64,000 nt of DNA from Gemmatimonadota bacterium (GTDB lineage: Bacteria; Gemmatimonadota; Gemmatimonadetes; Longimicrobiales; Gaopeijiaceae). Made by a program: the position numbers and the translations under genes. Numbering within the stretch: the stretch's first letter is position 1; every line of letters begins with the position of its first letter. Positions 44,480 through 54,504 of this stretch are shown here, piece after piece. Below the pieces are notes generated by a model. It made no database searches, was not told the DNA's origin, and saw only the letters and a program-made list of their open reading frames with translations. The stretch lies in assembly GCA_034521595.1 (NCBI GenBank), contig JAXHMG010000003.1, positions 1,344,001 to 1,408,000 of the forward strand. Direction: 5' to 3'.

Positions 44480-45775
44480 ATGAGCCCTCGCCCCCCGATC
44501 AACGCCCTCGCCGTGGCCCTGGCGTTCACCGTCGGTGTCGCCCCGGCCGTGGCACAGACGCCCGACTACGAAGCGGAAATCGCGGCCCTCACCGCACACG
44601 GGGCGGTGCAGCGCGCAATGGAGATCATCGAGGCCGAAGACGCGGCCACGATGCGCGACCTCCGCGAGCTGACGCAGATTCCCGCCCCGCCGTTCATGGA
44701 GACGGAGCGGGGAGCACGCTTTCGCGAGATGCTCGAGGAAGCCGGCGTCGACTCGACCTGGGTTGACGCCGAGGGGAACGTCATCGGCCTGCGTCGCGGC
44801 TCGGGAGGCGACGAGGTCATCGCGATCACCGGTCACCTCGATACGGTGTTCCCCGAGGGAACGGACGTCAGCATCGAAGAGCGTGGAGACACGCTGCACG
44901 CCCCGGGCGTCGCGGACGACACCAGAGGCCTCGCGGCGCTGCTCGCGATGCTCCGTGCCATGAACGAGGCCGAGGTCACGACCTCCGCGGACGTTCTCTT
45001 CGTGGGCACGGTCGGCGAAGAAGGCCTCGGCGACCTCCGCGGCGTGAAGCACCTGTTCCGGGAAGGCGGCCCGCGCATCGACGCCTTCATCTCCATCGAC
45101 GGCACGGGCCATGCGGGGATCACGCATCAGGCGCTCGGCTCCCACAGGTACCGGGTGACCTTTCGCGGGCCCGGCGGACACTCCTGGGGGGCGTTCGGTC
45201 TCGCCAACCCCCAGCACGCCCTCGGCCGCGCCATCCACCACTTCGACGTGGCGGCCGACGCCGTCACCCAGGAAGGGCCACGCACGAGCTACAACGTCGG
45301 CCGTATCGGGGGGGGTACGTCGGTGAACTCCATTCCGTTCGAGGGATGGATGGAGGTGGACATGCGGTCCGAGAGCCCGGCGAGCCTGGACCGCATCGAC
45401 GCGGTCTTCCAGCGCGCCATGAACCGGGCGCTCGAGGAGATGAACACGACCCGCCGCGAGGGCGAGCCGCTCACACTCGAGCTGGACATGATCGGGGACC
45501 GCCCGTCGGGCGAGATCCCCGAGGACGACCCATTCGTTCAGCGCGCGATCGCCGTCACCCGTCATATCGGCGCCGAGCCCCGCCTCGGGCGGAGCTCCAC
45601 GGACGCGAACACGCCGATCTCGATGGGCATCCCCGCCATGACCATCGGGGGTGGAGGCGTGGGTGGCGGCGCTCACTCGCTCGACGAGTGGTTCGTGAAC
45701 GAAGACGGCCCGCTCGGTATTCAGCGAGCCATGCTCATCCTCCTCGCGCAGGCCGGGATCCCCGGGACCAGCTAG
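44480..45775 (+). CDS. Secreted M20/M25/M40 metallopeptidase
   Basis: Signal peptide, GHLDTVF, PGVADD, VGEEG.G, GGHSW, STDAN and AHSLDE. Confidence 0.9.
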   Translation: MSPRPPINALAVALAFTVGVAPAVAQTPDYEAEIAALTAHGAVQRAMEIIEAEDAATMRDLRELTQIPAPPFMETERGARFREMLEEAGVDSTWVDAEGNVIGLRRGSGGDEVIAITGHLDTVFPEGTDVSIEERGDTLHAPGVADDTRGLAALLAMLRAMNEAEVTTSADVLFVGTVGEEGLGDLRGVKHLFREGGPRIDAFISIDGTGHAGITHQALGSHRYRVTFRGPGGHSWGAFGLANPQHALGRAIHHFDVAADAVTQEGPRTSYNVGRIGGGTSVNSIPFEGWMEVDMRSESPASLDRIDAVFQRAMNRALEEMNTTRREGEPLTLELDMIGDRPSGEIPEDDPFVQRAIAVTRHIGAEPRLGRSSTDANTPISMGIPAMTIGGGGVGGGAHSLDEWFVNEDGPLGIQRAMLILLAQAGIPGTS

Positions 45776-45836
45776 GGGCCACGAGCACGGCATTCCCAAG
45801 AACTTCGAACCAAAGACGAAGGATGACCACAGCCTC

Positions 45837-46631
45837 ATGACGGACACCACGGACAGCGCACGGAACAACCATCCGAACACCAACGAGAATCTGGACGGCC
45901 GGGTCGCGGTCGTGACCGGAGCCTCCGCCGGCATCGGTGAGGCTTCGGCGCTGGCACTGGCGCGTGCGGGAGCATCCGTCGTCGTCACGGCCCGCCGCAA
46001 AGAGCGGCTGGACGCCCTCGCGACCCGGATCCGCGACGAGGGCGGCACCGCGCTCCCCTACCCGGCGGACGTGGCGGTGCTCGAGGACGTGCAGAGCCTG
46101 GCCGACGCGGTGGTGGCCGAGTTCGGACGCATCGACATCCTGGTGAACAACGCCGGCCTGATGCCCCTGGCTCCGATCACCGACGTCCGGATCGAAGACT
46201 GGACCCGGATGGTCGACGTCAACATCAAAGGCGTGCTCCACTGCATCTCGACCATGCTGCCTACGATGCTCGAGCAAGGCGGTGGCCACGTGGTCAACGT
46301 CGGGTCGCTCGCCGGTCGCCGTCCCTTCCCGGGCGGCACGGTCTACTCGGCCACGAAGTTCGCGATCCGCTCGCTCTCGTGGGGCATGCACCTCGAGCTC
46401 GGTGCCAAGCACGGCATCCGGGTGACCGACATCCAGCCGGGTTTCGTCTCCACAGAGATCCTCGACGAATCCTCCGATCCGGAGATCAGGGAGAAGTGGG
46501 ACGAGATGTGGAAGGGACGTCGCACGCTACAGCCCGAGGACGTCGCCCGTACGCTCCTGTTCGCGGTGACTTCGCCCGAGCACGTCTCGGTGAGCGAGGT
46601 GCTCGTGCGGCCGCTGGATCAGGGCTCATGA
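45837..46631 (+). CDS. Short-chain dehydrogenase/reductase
   Basis: TGASAGIG, NNAG and YSATK. Confidence 0.93.
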   Translation: MTDTTDSARNNHPNTNENLDGRVAVVTGASAGIGEASALALARAGASVVVTARRKERLDALATRIRDEGGTALPYPADVAVLEDVQSLADAVVAEFGRIDILVNNAGLMPLAPITDVRIEDWTRMVDVNIKGVLHCISTMLPTMLEQGGGHVVNVGSLAGRRPFPGGTVYSATKFAIRSLSWGMHLELGAKHGIRVTDIQPGFVSTEILDESSDPEIREKWDEMWKGRRTLQPEDVARTLLFAVTSPEHVSVSEVLVRPLDQGS

Positions 46632-48652
46632 AGACCTGCGCTTCGTGCCTCCTTCTCCTGGTGGGCGTCCTCCTGGCCGGCCCGGTGGCCGGCCAGGAGC
46701 GCGAGCTCCAAATCGTCTCCGACCCCGACAGGATCGACTTGGCGGTCGGTGATTCCGCGCGACTCCTGGTCTCGGTGGTCGACGCGGAGGGACGTACGCG
46801 CGACGTCCCGGTCCGTCTCACCGCACCCCGGACGACGCTCGAGTTGCGGGACGGATACGTGCACGGACGGCGGGTCGGCTCCCATGCCGTGGTCGCCACG
46901 GTCGTGCCGCGGGCCGAGATCGACGGTTCAGCGCCCCCCCTGGAAATCCCCGTGGAGGTGGAGTGGCCGGATATCGACCGATTGGTCGTCCAGGCAGGAG
47001 CGACGGTGCTTTACGACGGCACGACCGTGAACCACCGGATCGAAGCGTACCACGCGGACGACACGCGTCGGCCGGACCCCGAGGTCGACTGGTCCAGCTC
47101 CGATCCGGCCGTGGCGACCGTGGACGCGTTCGGCGCCGTGACCGCCCACGCCGCCGGCTCGGTCACGATCTCCGCGGCCGTCGAGGGCGTCACGGAACGG
47201 GTCCGCTACGACGTAGAGCCCTTCCCCGCCACGGATCTCCGCATCGAAGGGGGAGCCGAGACGGCGCGCTCCGGTGACGTGATCCGCTTCGACGTACGCG
47301 GACGAGCGGAGAACGGTGGTCCCGTCGAGGATCTGCCGGTCACCTGGGCCTACACGTTCGAACCCGACGATTCGATCCAGGCGCCGGGCGCCTCGGCGAT
47401 CGTGGAGGACGGCACCTTCGTGGCCGAAGTGCCCGGGCGGTACACGGTATTGGCGGTCTCGGGGCCGCTCTCGGCCCGGCGCTCCGTCCGAGTGACGCCG
47501 CGGGACGTCGTCCGGGAGGTCGAGTTCCAGGGCCAGGGACGGGTCAGTGACGTCCACACGTCCGACCTGTGGGTATTCGAGGGACTCGACGGTCGCGATT
47601 ACGCGCTCACGGGCACGTGGGGCGGTGACGGGTGGGCCTACGTCTGGGACGTGACCGACCCGACGGTGCCGGTGAAGACCGATTCCCTGCAGGTCGACGC
47701 ACGCACGGTGAACGACGTGAAAGTCGCACCGAACGGGCGGTACGCCGCGCTCTCGCGGGAGGGCGCTTCAGATCGCCGCAACGGTGTCGTCATCCTCGAC
47801 ATGGCCGATCCGGCCCATCCGACCATCGCGTCGACGTTCGACGGGAACGGGGTGACCGGGGGCGTGCACAACATGTTCGCGACGGACGAGCACCTCTTCG
47901 CGCTCGCCGGGGGAGACAAGTACGTCATCATCGACGTGAGCGACCCCTACGAGCCGCGGTTCGTCAGCGAGTACAACCACCCCGACAGCCGTATCCACGA
48001 CGTCTGGGTCCACGACGGCGTCGCGTACTCCTCGGAGTGGGAGAACGGGGTGGTCGTGGTCGACGTCGGCAACGGACGCTGGGGCGGATCGATCGACAAC
48101 CCGGTGTTCGTCACGAACGTGCCCTACCCGGTCGGACGCACGCACGCGGCCTTCCCGTACCATCAGGAATCCACGGGACGCTTCTACCTCTTCCTGGGCG
48201 ACGAGATTCTCACGCGCGAAGGGGCGGCGTTCGAAGGATTCGGGGGCAATGCGCCGTATGACCCGGCGACCGGCACCGGCGGAGTGCAGTCTCCGACCAG
48301 CGGCTACGTGCACATCATCGACTTCACCGATCCCGAGAACCCGCGGGACGTGGCACGCTACGAGATCCCGGAAGCGGGCACGCACAACATGTGGATCGAA
48401 GACGACGTGCTGTATCAGGCCTACTATGAGGGGGGGCTGCGCATGGTCGACGTGTCCGGCGAGCTCAAGGGCAACCTCGCGACCCAGGGGCGAGAGATCG
48501 CGGTGTTCAAGCCCTTCGACCCGCGGGGATTCCTGGTCAATCAGCCCAACGTCTGGGGCGCGCAGCCCCACAAAGGGCACGTCTTCTTCAGCGACTTCAA
48601 CTCGGGGCTCTGGGCCGTCAAGCTCCAGCCACCCACGCGCCCGATCTCGTGA
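46628..48652 (+). CDS. Secreted protein with Ig-like (Big_2) domains and an LVIVD-repeat beta-propeller
   Basis: Signal peptide, WSSSDPAVATVD..G.VTA, and repeats V.D.TDP, ILDMADP, IIDVSDP, IIDFTDP with conserved His (GVHN, IHD, THA, THN). Confidence 0.82.
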   Translation: MKTCASCLLLLVGVLLAGPVAGQERELQIVSDPDRIDLAVGDSARLLVSVVDAEGRTRDVPVRLTAPRTTLELRDGYVHGRRVGSHAVVATVVPRAEIDGSAPPLEIPVEVEWPDIDRLVVQAGATVLYDGTTVNHRIEAYHADDTRRPDPEVDWSSSDPAVATVDAFGAVTAHAAGSVTISAAVEGVTERVRYDVEPFPATDLRIEGGAETARSGDVIRFDVRGRAENGGPVEDLPVTWAYTFEPDDSIQAPGASAIVEDGTFVAEVPGRYTVLAVSGPLSARRSVRVTPRDVVREVEFQGQGRVSDVHTSDLWVFEGLDGRDYALTGTWGGDGWAYVWDVTDPTVPVKTDSLQVDARTVNDVKVAPNGRYAALSREGASDRRNGVVILDMADPAHPTIASTFDGNGVTGGVHNMFATDEHLFALAGGDKYVIIDVSDPYEPRFVSEYNHPDSRIHDVWVHDGVAYSSEWENGVVVVDVGNGRWGGSIDNPVFVTNVPYPVGRTHAAFPYHQESTGRFYLFLGDEILTREGAAFEGFGGNAPYDPATGTGGVQSPTSGYVHIIDFTDPENPRDVARYEIPEAGTHNMWIEDDVLYQAYYEGGLRMVDVSGELKGNLATQGREIAVFKPFDPRGFLVNQPNVWGAQPHKGHVFFSDFNSGLWAVKLQPPTRPIS

Positions 48653-48681
48653 GGCGCGGCCGCGCTTAGCAGCCCGTGGGC

Positions 48682-49887
48682 TCAGGAGCCGGCGGGCTCC
48701 ATCTTCCAGAACACGATCCCGCCGGCTTGCTGTCCCACCTCGACGGAGTCGATCCGCTCGAAGGATCGGAGGTCGAAGACGTCGACCTTTCCGGGTTCGG
48801 CTCCCTTGCCTTCGACGCTGACGAACGCGTAGCGCGAGTCGGGTGTCACGGCGACACCGTGCGTCACTGTGGTGGTCGAGGGCGCCACGGCCAAGCTCCG
48901 CCCCGTCTCGGCATCGAAGAACTCCACCTGCCCGGCCGTCTTGAGTGACGCCACGAGGATCCGGCCGTCCGGCGTCACGTCCAGGTTGTATGGCCCGGCT
49001 CCGGTGGGAATCCTGCGTTCGAGCACCCACTCCTCCCGGTCGATCACGAGGATCTCGTCACTCCCGTTGCACGCCACGAAAACACGGCGGCCATCCGGCG
49101 AGGGCTCGGCCCAGGTGGGCGAGCAGGTAGGCTCGCTCGCCCCATGCTCGGCATCCATGCCACTCATGGCGTCCGCTCCGGAGCGCATGCCCAACGCGCC
49201 CGTATGCACCTCCGGCTCGGGGTAGTCCTCGAGCGCGGCCTCCTCGCCCTGGCGCACGGAGAAGCGCCGGGTCACCTCGAAGCTCCGCGTGTCGATCTCC
49301 ACGAGCTGATCGTCCATCATGCACATCGAGTAGGCGTGGGCGCCGTCCGGCGACAAGCGCATACCGTGCGGCATCGTACAGGTGGGAACCTGCTCCACCT
49401 CGACGAGGTCCGGCGTGTAGACGACCGACACCGTCGACGGTACGTGCTCGCCGTGGAGGTTGAAGTTGACCACGAACGCGTAGAGCCCATCGGGCGTCAG
49501 ATCGAGCGTGGCGGGGAAGTTACCCAGGAGGATCGGGGCCGCCACGAGCGTATCCACGCCGGCTTCGAACTTCCAGAGCTTTCCGTCCGGGACGCCGTGC
49601 GCGGTCGTCATGTACAGGTGGCGTCCGTCTCCCGATACCCCCAATCCGTGCGGCCCCTCGGTCTCGACCGGGATCTCGCCCACCGGCGTGGTCTGCTCGA
49701 CGCTCATCCCGTCCGGCCCGAGCCGGATCCTGTGGATCAGGTCCGCCGACTCGGCTCCCACGTACGCGTAGTACGTCCGTGCTCCGTCGGGAGGAGCGGG
49801 CGCCGATCCGACAGGCGTGGATGTCCCCCCGCCCGAGCAAGCTACGACTGCGAGGAGAGAAGCGGTTGGAAACAGATGTTTGAGCAT
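48682..49887 (-). CDS. YncE/YVTN-type beta-propeller lipoprotein
   Basis: Lipobox VVAC, repeated (PH)G...(S/T)PDG units. Confidence 0.82.
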   Translation of the reverse strand: MLKHLFPTASLLAVVACSGGGTSTPVGSAPAPPDGARTYYAYVGAESADLIHRIRLGPDGMSVEQTTPVGEIPVETEGPHGLGVSGDGRHLYMTTAHGVPDGKLWKFEAGVDTLVAAPILLGNFPATLDLTPDGLYAFVVNFNLHGEHVPSTVSVVYTPDLVEVEQVPTCTMPHGMRLSPDGAHAYSMCMMDDQLVEIDTRSFEVTRRFSVRQGEEAALEDYPEPEVHTGALGMRSGADAMSGMDAEHGASEPTCSPTWAEPSPDGRRVFVACNGSDEILVIDREEWVLERRIPTGAGPYNLDVTPDGRILVASLKTAGQVEFFDAETGRSLAVAPSTTTVTHGVAVTPDSRYAFVSVEGKGAEPGKVDVFDLRSFERIDSVEVGQQAGGIVFWKMEPAGS

Positions 49888-50130
49888 CGATGATCGCTGG
49901 AGATTCGGGCCTTTTCCGGCCTCGGGATCGTGTCGGTTGCCTTCAACTGAAGGTCCGTGTGAACTTCGTGGCTCGTACGCGGCCCCGCCAGGGCGCCCAC
50001 GGCAGTGGCCGTTCGGTCGACCTCGCGCCCCGCTCCTGGTATCTTGGCGCGTTACCCAACACGTCCGGACGCGCCGACGGAGGCATGACACCGCAGGGGG
50101 GCAGCCGAGCCAGCTTCCCGCTGCGACACC

Positions 50131-51381
50131 ATGATTACACTCGCATGGATCCTCGGGGTCGCGCTGTCGACCTCCTTCATGTGCTCCGTCCTCGAGGCGG
50201 TGTTCCTCTCGGTCTCGCACTCGCACACGGCCCTCCTGCGCGAGCGCGGTCACCCCGCGGGCGAGTGGCTCGCCTGGGCCCAGAAGAACATCGACGAGCC
50301 CATCGCGGCGATCCTCACGCTCAACACCATCGCGCACTCCATGGGAGCCGCGATGGGCGGCGCGGTGGCGGCCCAGGTCTTCGGGCAGGCGTGGGTCACC
50401 GCGTTCTCGGCGGCCCTCACCCTCGCGGTGCTCCTCTTTTCGGAGATCGTGCCCAAGACCCTGGGGGCCACGTTCTGGAAGCAGTTGACCATCCCATCGG
50501 TTAACGTTCTGAAGGTCATGATTCTCGTCATGAAGCCGGTGCTCATTCCGCTGGGCTGGCTCTCCAGGTTGATGACCCCCAGGGGCGATCACCCGACGGT
50601 CAGCCGCGCGGAGCTTCAGGTCCTGGCCGAGATCGGTCGGCGTGAAGGGGCCCTCGACGAGGACGAGTGGCGGGTCGTTTCCAGCGTGATCCGGCTCGAC
50701 GAGGTGTCGATCGGCGAGGTCATGACCCCGCGCACCGACGTCGTCGCCATCCCGTCGACCTCGACGGTCCAAGAGGCCCGCGACACCATGCTCGAGACCG
50801 GGCACATGCGCCTCCCCGTCTTCGAAGACAACCTCGACCACGTGATCGGCATCGTGATCGCCCGTGACGTGTGGCGGGCGGATCGCGACGGAGTCGAGGA
50901 GCTCGACATGGTCATGCGGCCGCTCCCCTTCGCTCCGGCGTCGAAGCCGGTGGAGAACCTGATCCCGGAGATGCGCCAACAGCGGACGAAGATGGCCATC
51001 GTGCTCGACGAGTTCGGGGGCACGGCCGGCCTCGTGACCCTCGAGGACCTCATCGAGGAGATCGTGGGCGAGATCCAGGACGAGCACGAGGTGGATGAGC
51101 CGGTGAACTTCCAGCTCCTGGCGGGCGGACGCCTCAGAGTCTGGGGTGGCACCTCGTTGCGGGAAGGCGCCGACCGCCTCGGACTCACGACGGAGGAAGA
51201 CGAGGACTTCGATACCGTGGGCGGGCTCGTCTTCGGCCGGCTCAACCGGATTCCGTCGGTGGGGGACGAGATCGACGTGGGATCGGGCCGGCTGCGCGTG
51301 ACCCGCATGCGCGGACGGCGCATCGAGTACCTGCTCTTTCTACCGCACGAGAGTACGGGAGCCTCGACGGGAGTGGGCTGA
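50131..51381 (+). CDS. CNNM/CorB-CorC (hemolysin TlyC family) protein: DUF21 + CBS pair + CorC_HlyC
   Basis: CSVLEAVFLS, ILTLNTIAH, SEIVPKTLG, VMTPR and DEFGGTAGLVTLEDLIEEIVGEI. Confidence 0.92.
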   Translation: MITLAWILGVALSTSFMCSVLEAVFLSVSHSHTALLRERGHPAGEWLAWAQKNIDEPIAAILTLNTIAHSMGAAMGGAVAAQVFGQAWVTAFSAALTLAVLLFSEIVPKTLGATFWKQLTIPSVNVLKVMILVMKPVLIPLGWLSRLMTPRGDHPTVSRAELQVLAEIGRREGALDEDEWRVVSSVIRLDEVSIGEVMTPRTDVVAIPSTSTVQEARDTMLETGHMRLPVFEDNLDHVIGIVIARDVWRADRDGVEELDMVMRPLPFAPASKPVENLIPEMRQQRTKMAIVLDEFGGTAGLVTLEDLIEEIVGEIQDEHEVDEPVNFQLLAGGRLRVWGGTSLREGADRLGLTTEEDEDFDTVGGLVFGRLNRIPSVGDEIDVGSGRLRVTRMRGRRIEYLLFLPHESTGASTGVG

Positions 51382-51384
51382 GCG

Positions 51385-51951
51385 TCACCGCTCCGGAACC
51401 ACGTCCTCCACGTCCCTGACCTCGGCGGCCTCGACCGCGTGCCCACCCCGATCCGCCGCGTCCTGCTCTACCGCCGCCTCATGGCGCTCTTCGAGCCAGA
51501 ACGAGATCGCGAGCATGACGGCACCGCACGAGATCGCGATGTCCGCCACGTTGAAAATCGGAAAGTACCAGAAGCCGAGATCGATGGGGCCGATGAAGTC
51601 CACCACGCCCCGGTCCCAGCGCAGCCGGTCGTAGAGGTTGCCGAGCGCTCCGGACACGACGAGAGAGATCGCCCCGATCCGGAGGTAGTCGCGCCGGTCC
51701 GCCTGCTTGTAGAGCATCCCGAGGAGCCCCAACGCGATGAAGGTCACCGGCACGAAAAGCCACCGGGAATCGTCACCCACGCTGATGCCGAACGCCGCTC
51801 CCTTGTTGAACGCGAGCGTGAGCGGAACGAGCCCGCCGAACAGCTCTCCGCGCTCGAAGGCGAGCGTCCTCAAGGCCCAACTCTTCGTGGCCAAGTCGGC
51901 CGCGATCACGATCGGGAGGATGATTGCCAAGTAGAGGAGCTTGACGCGCAC
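51385..51951 (-). CDS. lspA: Lipoprotein signal peptidase II
   Basis: DLATK, NKGAAFG, GALGNLYDR, VVDFI and FNVAD. Confidence 0.93.
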   Translation of the reverse strand: MRVKLLYLAIILPIVIAADLATKSWALRTLAFERGELFGGLVPLTLAFNKGAAFGISVGDDSRWLFVPVTFIALGLLGMLYKQADRRDYLRIGAISLVVSGALGNLYDRLRWDRGVVDFIGPIDLGFWYFPIFNVADIAISCGAVMLAISFWLEERHEAAVEQDAADRGGHAVEAAEVRDVEDVVPER

Positions 51952-52057
51952 GGGGCTCGAAGGATGCGAGACACGATCAGGAAGGTTCCGGCAGTCTACG
52001 CACGCGACGTCCGTTCGTTCCCTTCCGCGGAAAGCCGGAAAACGCCTCCGCCCCTCT

Positions 52058-53644
52058 TCAAACGGGACCCTCTTCCACCCCACCTCCCCACGCCCACCGG
52101 ATCGAGAAGAGGTCGGCGCGCCGGTCCGTCCAGGGTTGCACGGTCCCGGAATAGCGGTGACGCCTGAGGAGCTCGAGATCCAAATCCGCGATCACCAGGG
52201 TCTCGACGTTCGGCGTGGATTCGGCAGCGATGCCATCCCGTGCGAAGGAGAAATCGAGCGGCGTGAAGATGGCCGACTGCGCGTAGTGCACGTCGGCGTT
52301 GTCCACGAACGGCAGGTTGCCCGTGCAGCCCGCGATCGCGACGAACACGTTGTTCTCGACCGCCCGCGACATCGCGGCGTACCGTGTGCGCAGGTACGCG
52401 GAACGGTCGTTGGCGGCGAAGGGCACGAAGATGATCTCGGCCCCCCGCGCCGCGGCCACCCGGGCCAGCTCGGGAAAGACAACATCATACGAGATCAGGA
52501 TCCCGACCTTGCCGTGATCCGTATCGAACACGGCGAGGTCGTCCCCGCCCTCCAAGCCCCACCACCGCCGCTCGTCCGGGGTGACGTGCAGCTTCGTCTG
52601 CTGCTCGATGGTGCCGTCCCGCCGGAACAGGTACGCGATGTTGTACAGGTGGTCGCCCTGCAGCGTGAACTGCGAGCCCCCGATGATGTTCACGTTGTAC
52701 TTCACGGCCGCGCGGGTGAAGAACTCCAGGTAGTCTGGTGTTCTGCGGGCGACCCCGCGCACCGCATCGGCCGGCTGCCCATCCGGCTCGAGTCCGAGCA
52801 ACTGGGTCGTGACGAGCTCGGGGAAGAGGACGAAGTCCGACCCCTGGTCGGCCGCTGCATCCAGGAAATAGGCGCACTGCCGGCAAAACGCCTCCCAACT
52901 CTCGATCGGCCGCATCTGATACTGGACGGCGCAGAGCCGCACCGGCATCACGCGGTGCCAACTCCGCTGCCGCTCCGGCACATAGTCGAGGTTCGTCCAC
53001 TCGAGGTGCGTCGCGTACCCACGCGAGGCCTCATCCAGGGGATAGTAGTTCGGGACGAGCGCGCGCAGCACGAACCCGTTCGCCACCTGCGTGGTGAGCA
53101 CCGGGTCGTAGAGCCCGCGTTCCGTGACCTTCTCCACGTACTCGCGCGCGGTCATGTCTTCGGGTTGGTCCCCGTAGCCCGGAATCCGGCCACCAATCAC
53201 GATCCGGGCCAGGTTCAGCCTTCGGCACAGGTCCTTCCGGGCATCGTAGAGCCGCTGGGCGAGGTGCATGCCCCGGTACTCCGGATCCACCATGATCTCG
53301 ATGCCGTAGAGCGTGTCGCCGTCCGGCTCGTGCGTCCGGATGTAGCCGGAGTCCGAGATCCGCTCCCAATCGTGCCAATCTTCGTAGCGGTCGTAGTCGA
53401 CGATCAGGGAACTCGCCGACCCGACGATCCGCCCATCCAGCTCGACGCAGATCTGTCCTTCCGGGAAGACATCGAGCTGGCTCTCGATCTCGTCCCGCTC
53501 CCATAGATCATTTATGCCGGGGAAGCACCGACGCTGCAGCGCTACGAGCTCCTCGTAGTCGCCTCGCTCGATCGGACGGACCCGTATCTTCTGCTCGAAG
53601 TCCTCCAACCGTAGCTTGTCTTCCCCGGTCCCTGATCCAGACAT
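52058..53644 (-). CDS. GNAT acetyltransferase - carbon-nitrogen hydrolase fusion (nucleophile position is Ser)
   Basis: GNAT domain FPEGQ, YGIEIMVDPEYRG...RLYDARK; nitrilase domain FPEL, KLHVTPDE and ISYDVVFPE. RBS GGGAG 6 nt before ATG 53644. Confidence 0.9.
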   Translation of the reverse strand: MSGSGTGEDKLRLEDFEQKIRVRPIERGDYEELVALQRRCFPGINDLWERDEIESQLDVFPEGQICVELDGRIVGSASSLIVDYDRYEDWHDWERISDSGYIRTHEPDGDTLYGIEIMVDPEYRGMHLAQRLYDARKDLCRRLNLARIVIGGRIPGYGDQPEDMTAREYVEKVTERGLYDPVLTTQVANGFVLRALVPNYYPLDEASRGYATHLEWTNLDYVPERQRSWHRVMPVRLCAVQYQMRPIESWEAFCRQCAYFLDAAADQGSDFVLFPELVTTQLLGLEPDGQPADAVRGVARRTPDYLEFFTRAAVKYNVNIIGGSQFTLQGDHLYNIAYLFRRDGTIEQQTKLHVTPDERRWWGLEGGDDLAVFDTDHGKVGILISYDVVFPELARVAAARGAEIIFVPFAANDRSAYLRTRYAAMSRAVENNVFVAIAGCTGNLPFVDNADVHYAQSAIFTPLDFSFARDGIAAESTPNVETLVIADLDLELLRRHRYSGTVQPWTDRRADLFSIRWAWGGGVEEGPV

Positions 53645-53660
53645 CCAAGGCTCCCATGCC

Positions 53661-54494
53661 ATGTTGATCGATTGCCATGTGCATCTAAACAACTACTACA
53701 CCGAAGAGGGTAAACATCCCAGGCCCACACGTGAAAACGTCGACATGCTCTTCAGGGAGATGGAGGCGCACGACATCGATCACGCGGTGGTCTTGACGTC
53801 TTACCTCGTCAATGTTTCGAGGCCGGCGGTGGAGGATCTGCTCGAGATCCTCGCCGAGGACCGACGCACGACCATCGTCGAGGGGCTACGCTGGCGAAGC
53901 GAAAACCGGACGGACCTCTACCTCATGGAGGAGCGGATCCGGGACGGCCTCGTCAAAGGCATCAAGCTCTACCCCGGATACGACCGGTATCCCATCAACG
54001 ACCCCTCGCTCGAGGCCGTCTTCAGGATCGCAGCCAAGCACGACGTGCCGGTCATGATCCACTGTGGGGACACCTTCGCCAGGGAAGCCAAGGTCCGAAT
54101 GGCGCACCCTCTCCTCGTGGACGACGTGGCCGTGGATTTCCCCGACGTCCGGTTCGTGATCTGTCACCTCGGGAACCCCTGGTTCCTCGATGCGGCACAG
54201 GTCCTGTACAAGAACGAGAACGTCTACGCTGATGTCTCGGGCCTCACGCTCGTGGATCCCGGGGACGCCTACATGCGGTTCCTGGCCGACGGCGTACAAC
54301 GGATGGTGGCTTACATGGGCGATCCCGGTCCGAAGCTGATGTACGGCACCGACTGGCCCCTGGCCGACATGGGCATGTACCGGAGGCTGTTCGACGGGCT
54401 CGGGTTTCCGGAGCACGCGATGGAGGGAATCCTCTGGAAGACGGCGGCAAGGCTGTTCCGAATCGATCTCGCCGAGATCGGCGATGACGCCTGA
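53661..54494 (+). CDS. Amidohydrolase family 2 (TIM-barrel metal-dependent hydrolase)
   Basis: IDCHVH, KGIKLYPGY, PVMIHCGD, CHLGNPW, NVYADVSG and YGTDWP. Confidence 0.9.
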   Translation: MLIDCHVHLNNYYTEEGKHPRPTRENVDMLFREMEAHDIDHAVVLTSYLVNVSRPAVEDLLEILAEDRRTTIVEGLRWRSENRTDLYLMEERIRDGLVKGIKLYPGYDRYPINDPSLEAVFRIAAKHDVPVMIHCGDTFAREAKVRMAHPLLVDDVAVDFPDVRFVICHLGNPWFLDAAQVLYKNENVYADVSGLTLVDPGDAYMRFLADGVQRMVAYMGDPGPKLMYGTDWPLADMGMYRRLFDGLGFPEHAMEGILWKTAARLFRIDLAEIGDDA

Positions 54495-54504
54495 GCGCGA
54501 CCGT

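Noticed and set aside
50040-50130. Structured leader before the CNNM/CorC gene (possible Mg2+/Mn2+ riboswitch)
   Set aside because: Only a generic GC-rich stem-loop; no M-box or yybP-ykoY consensus recognisable.
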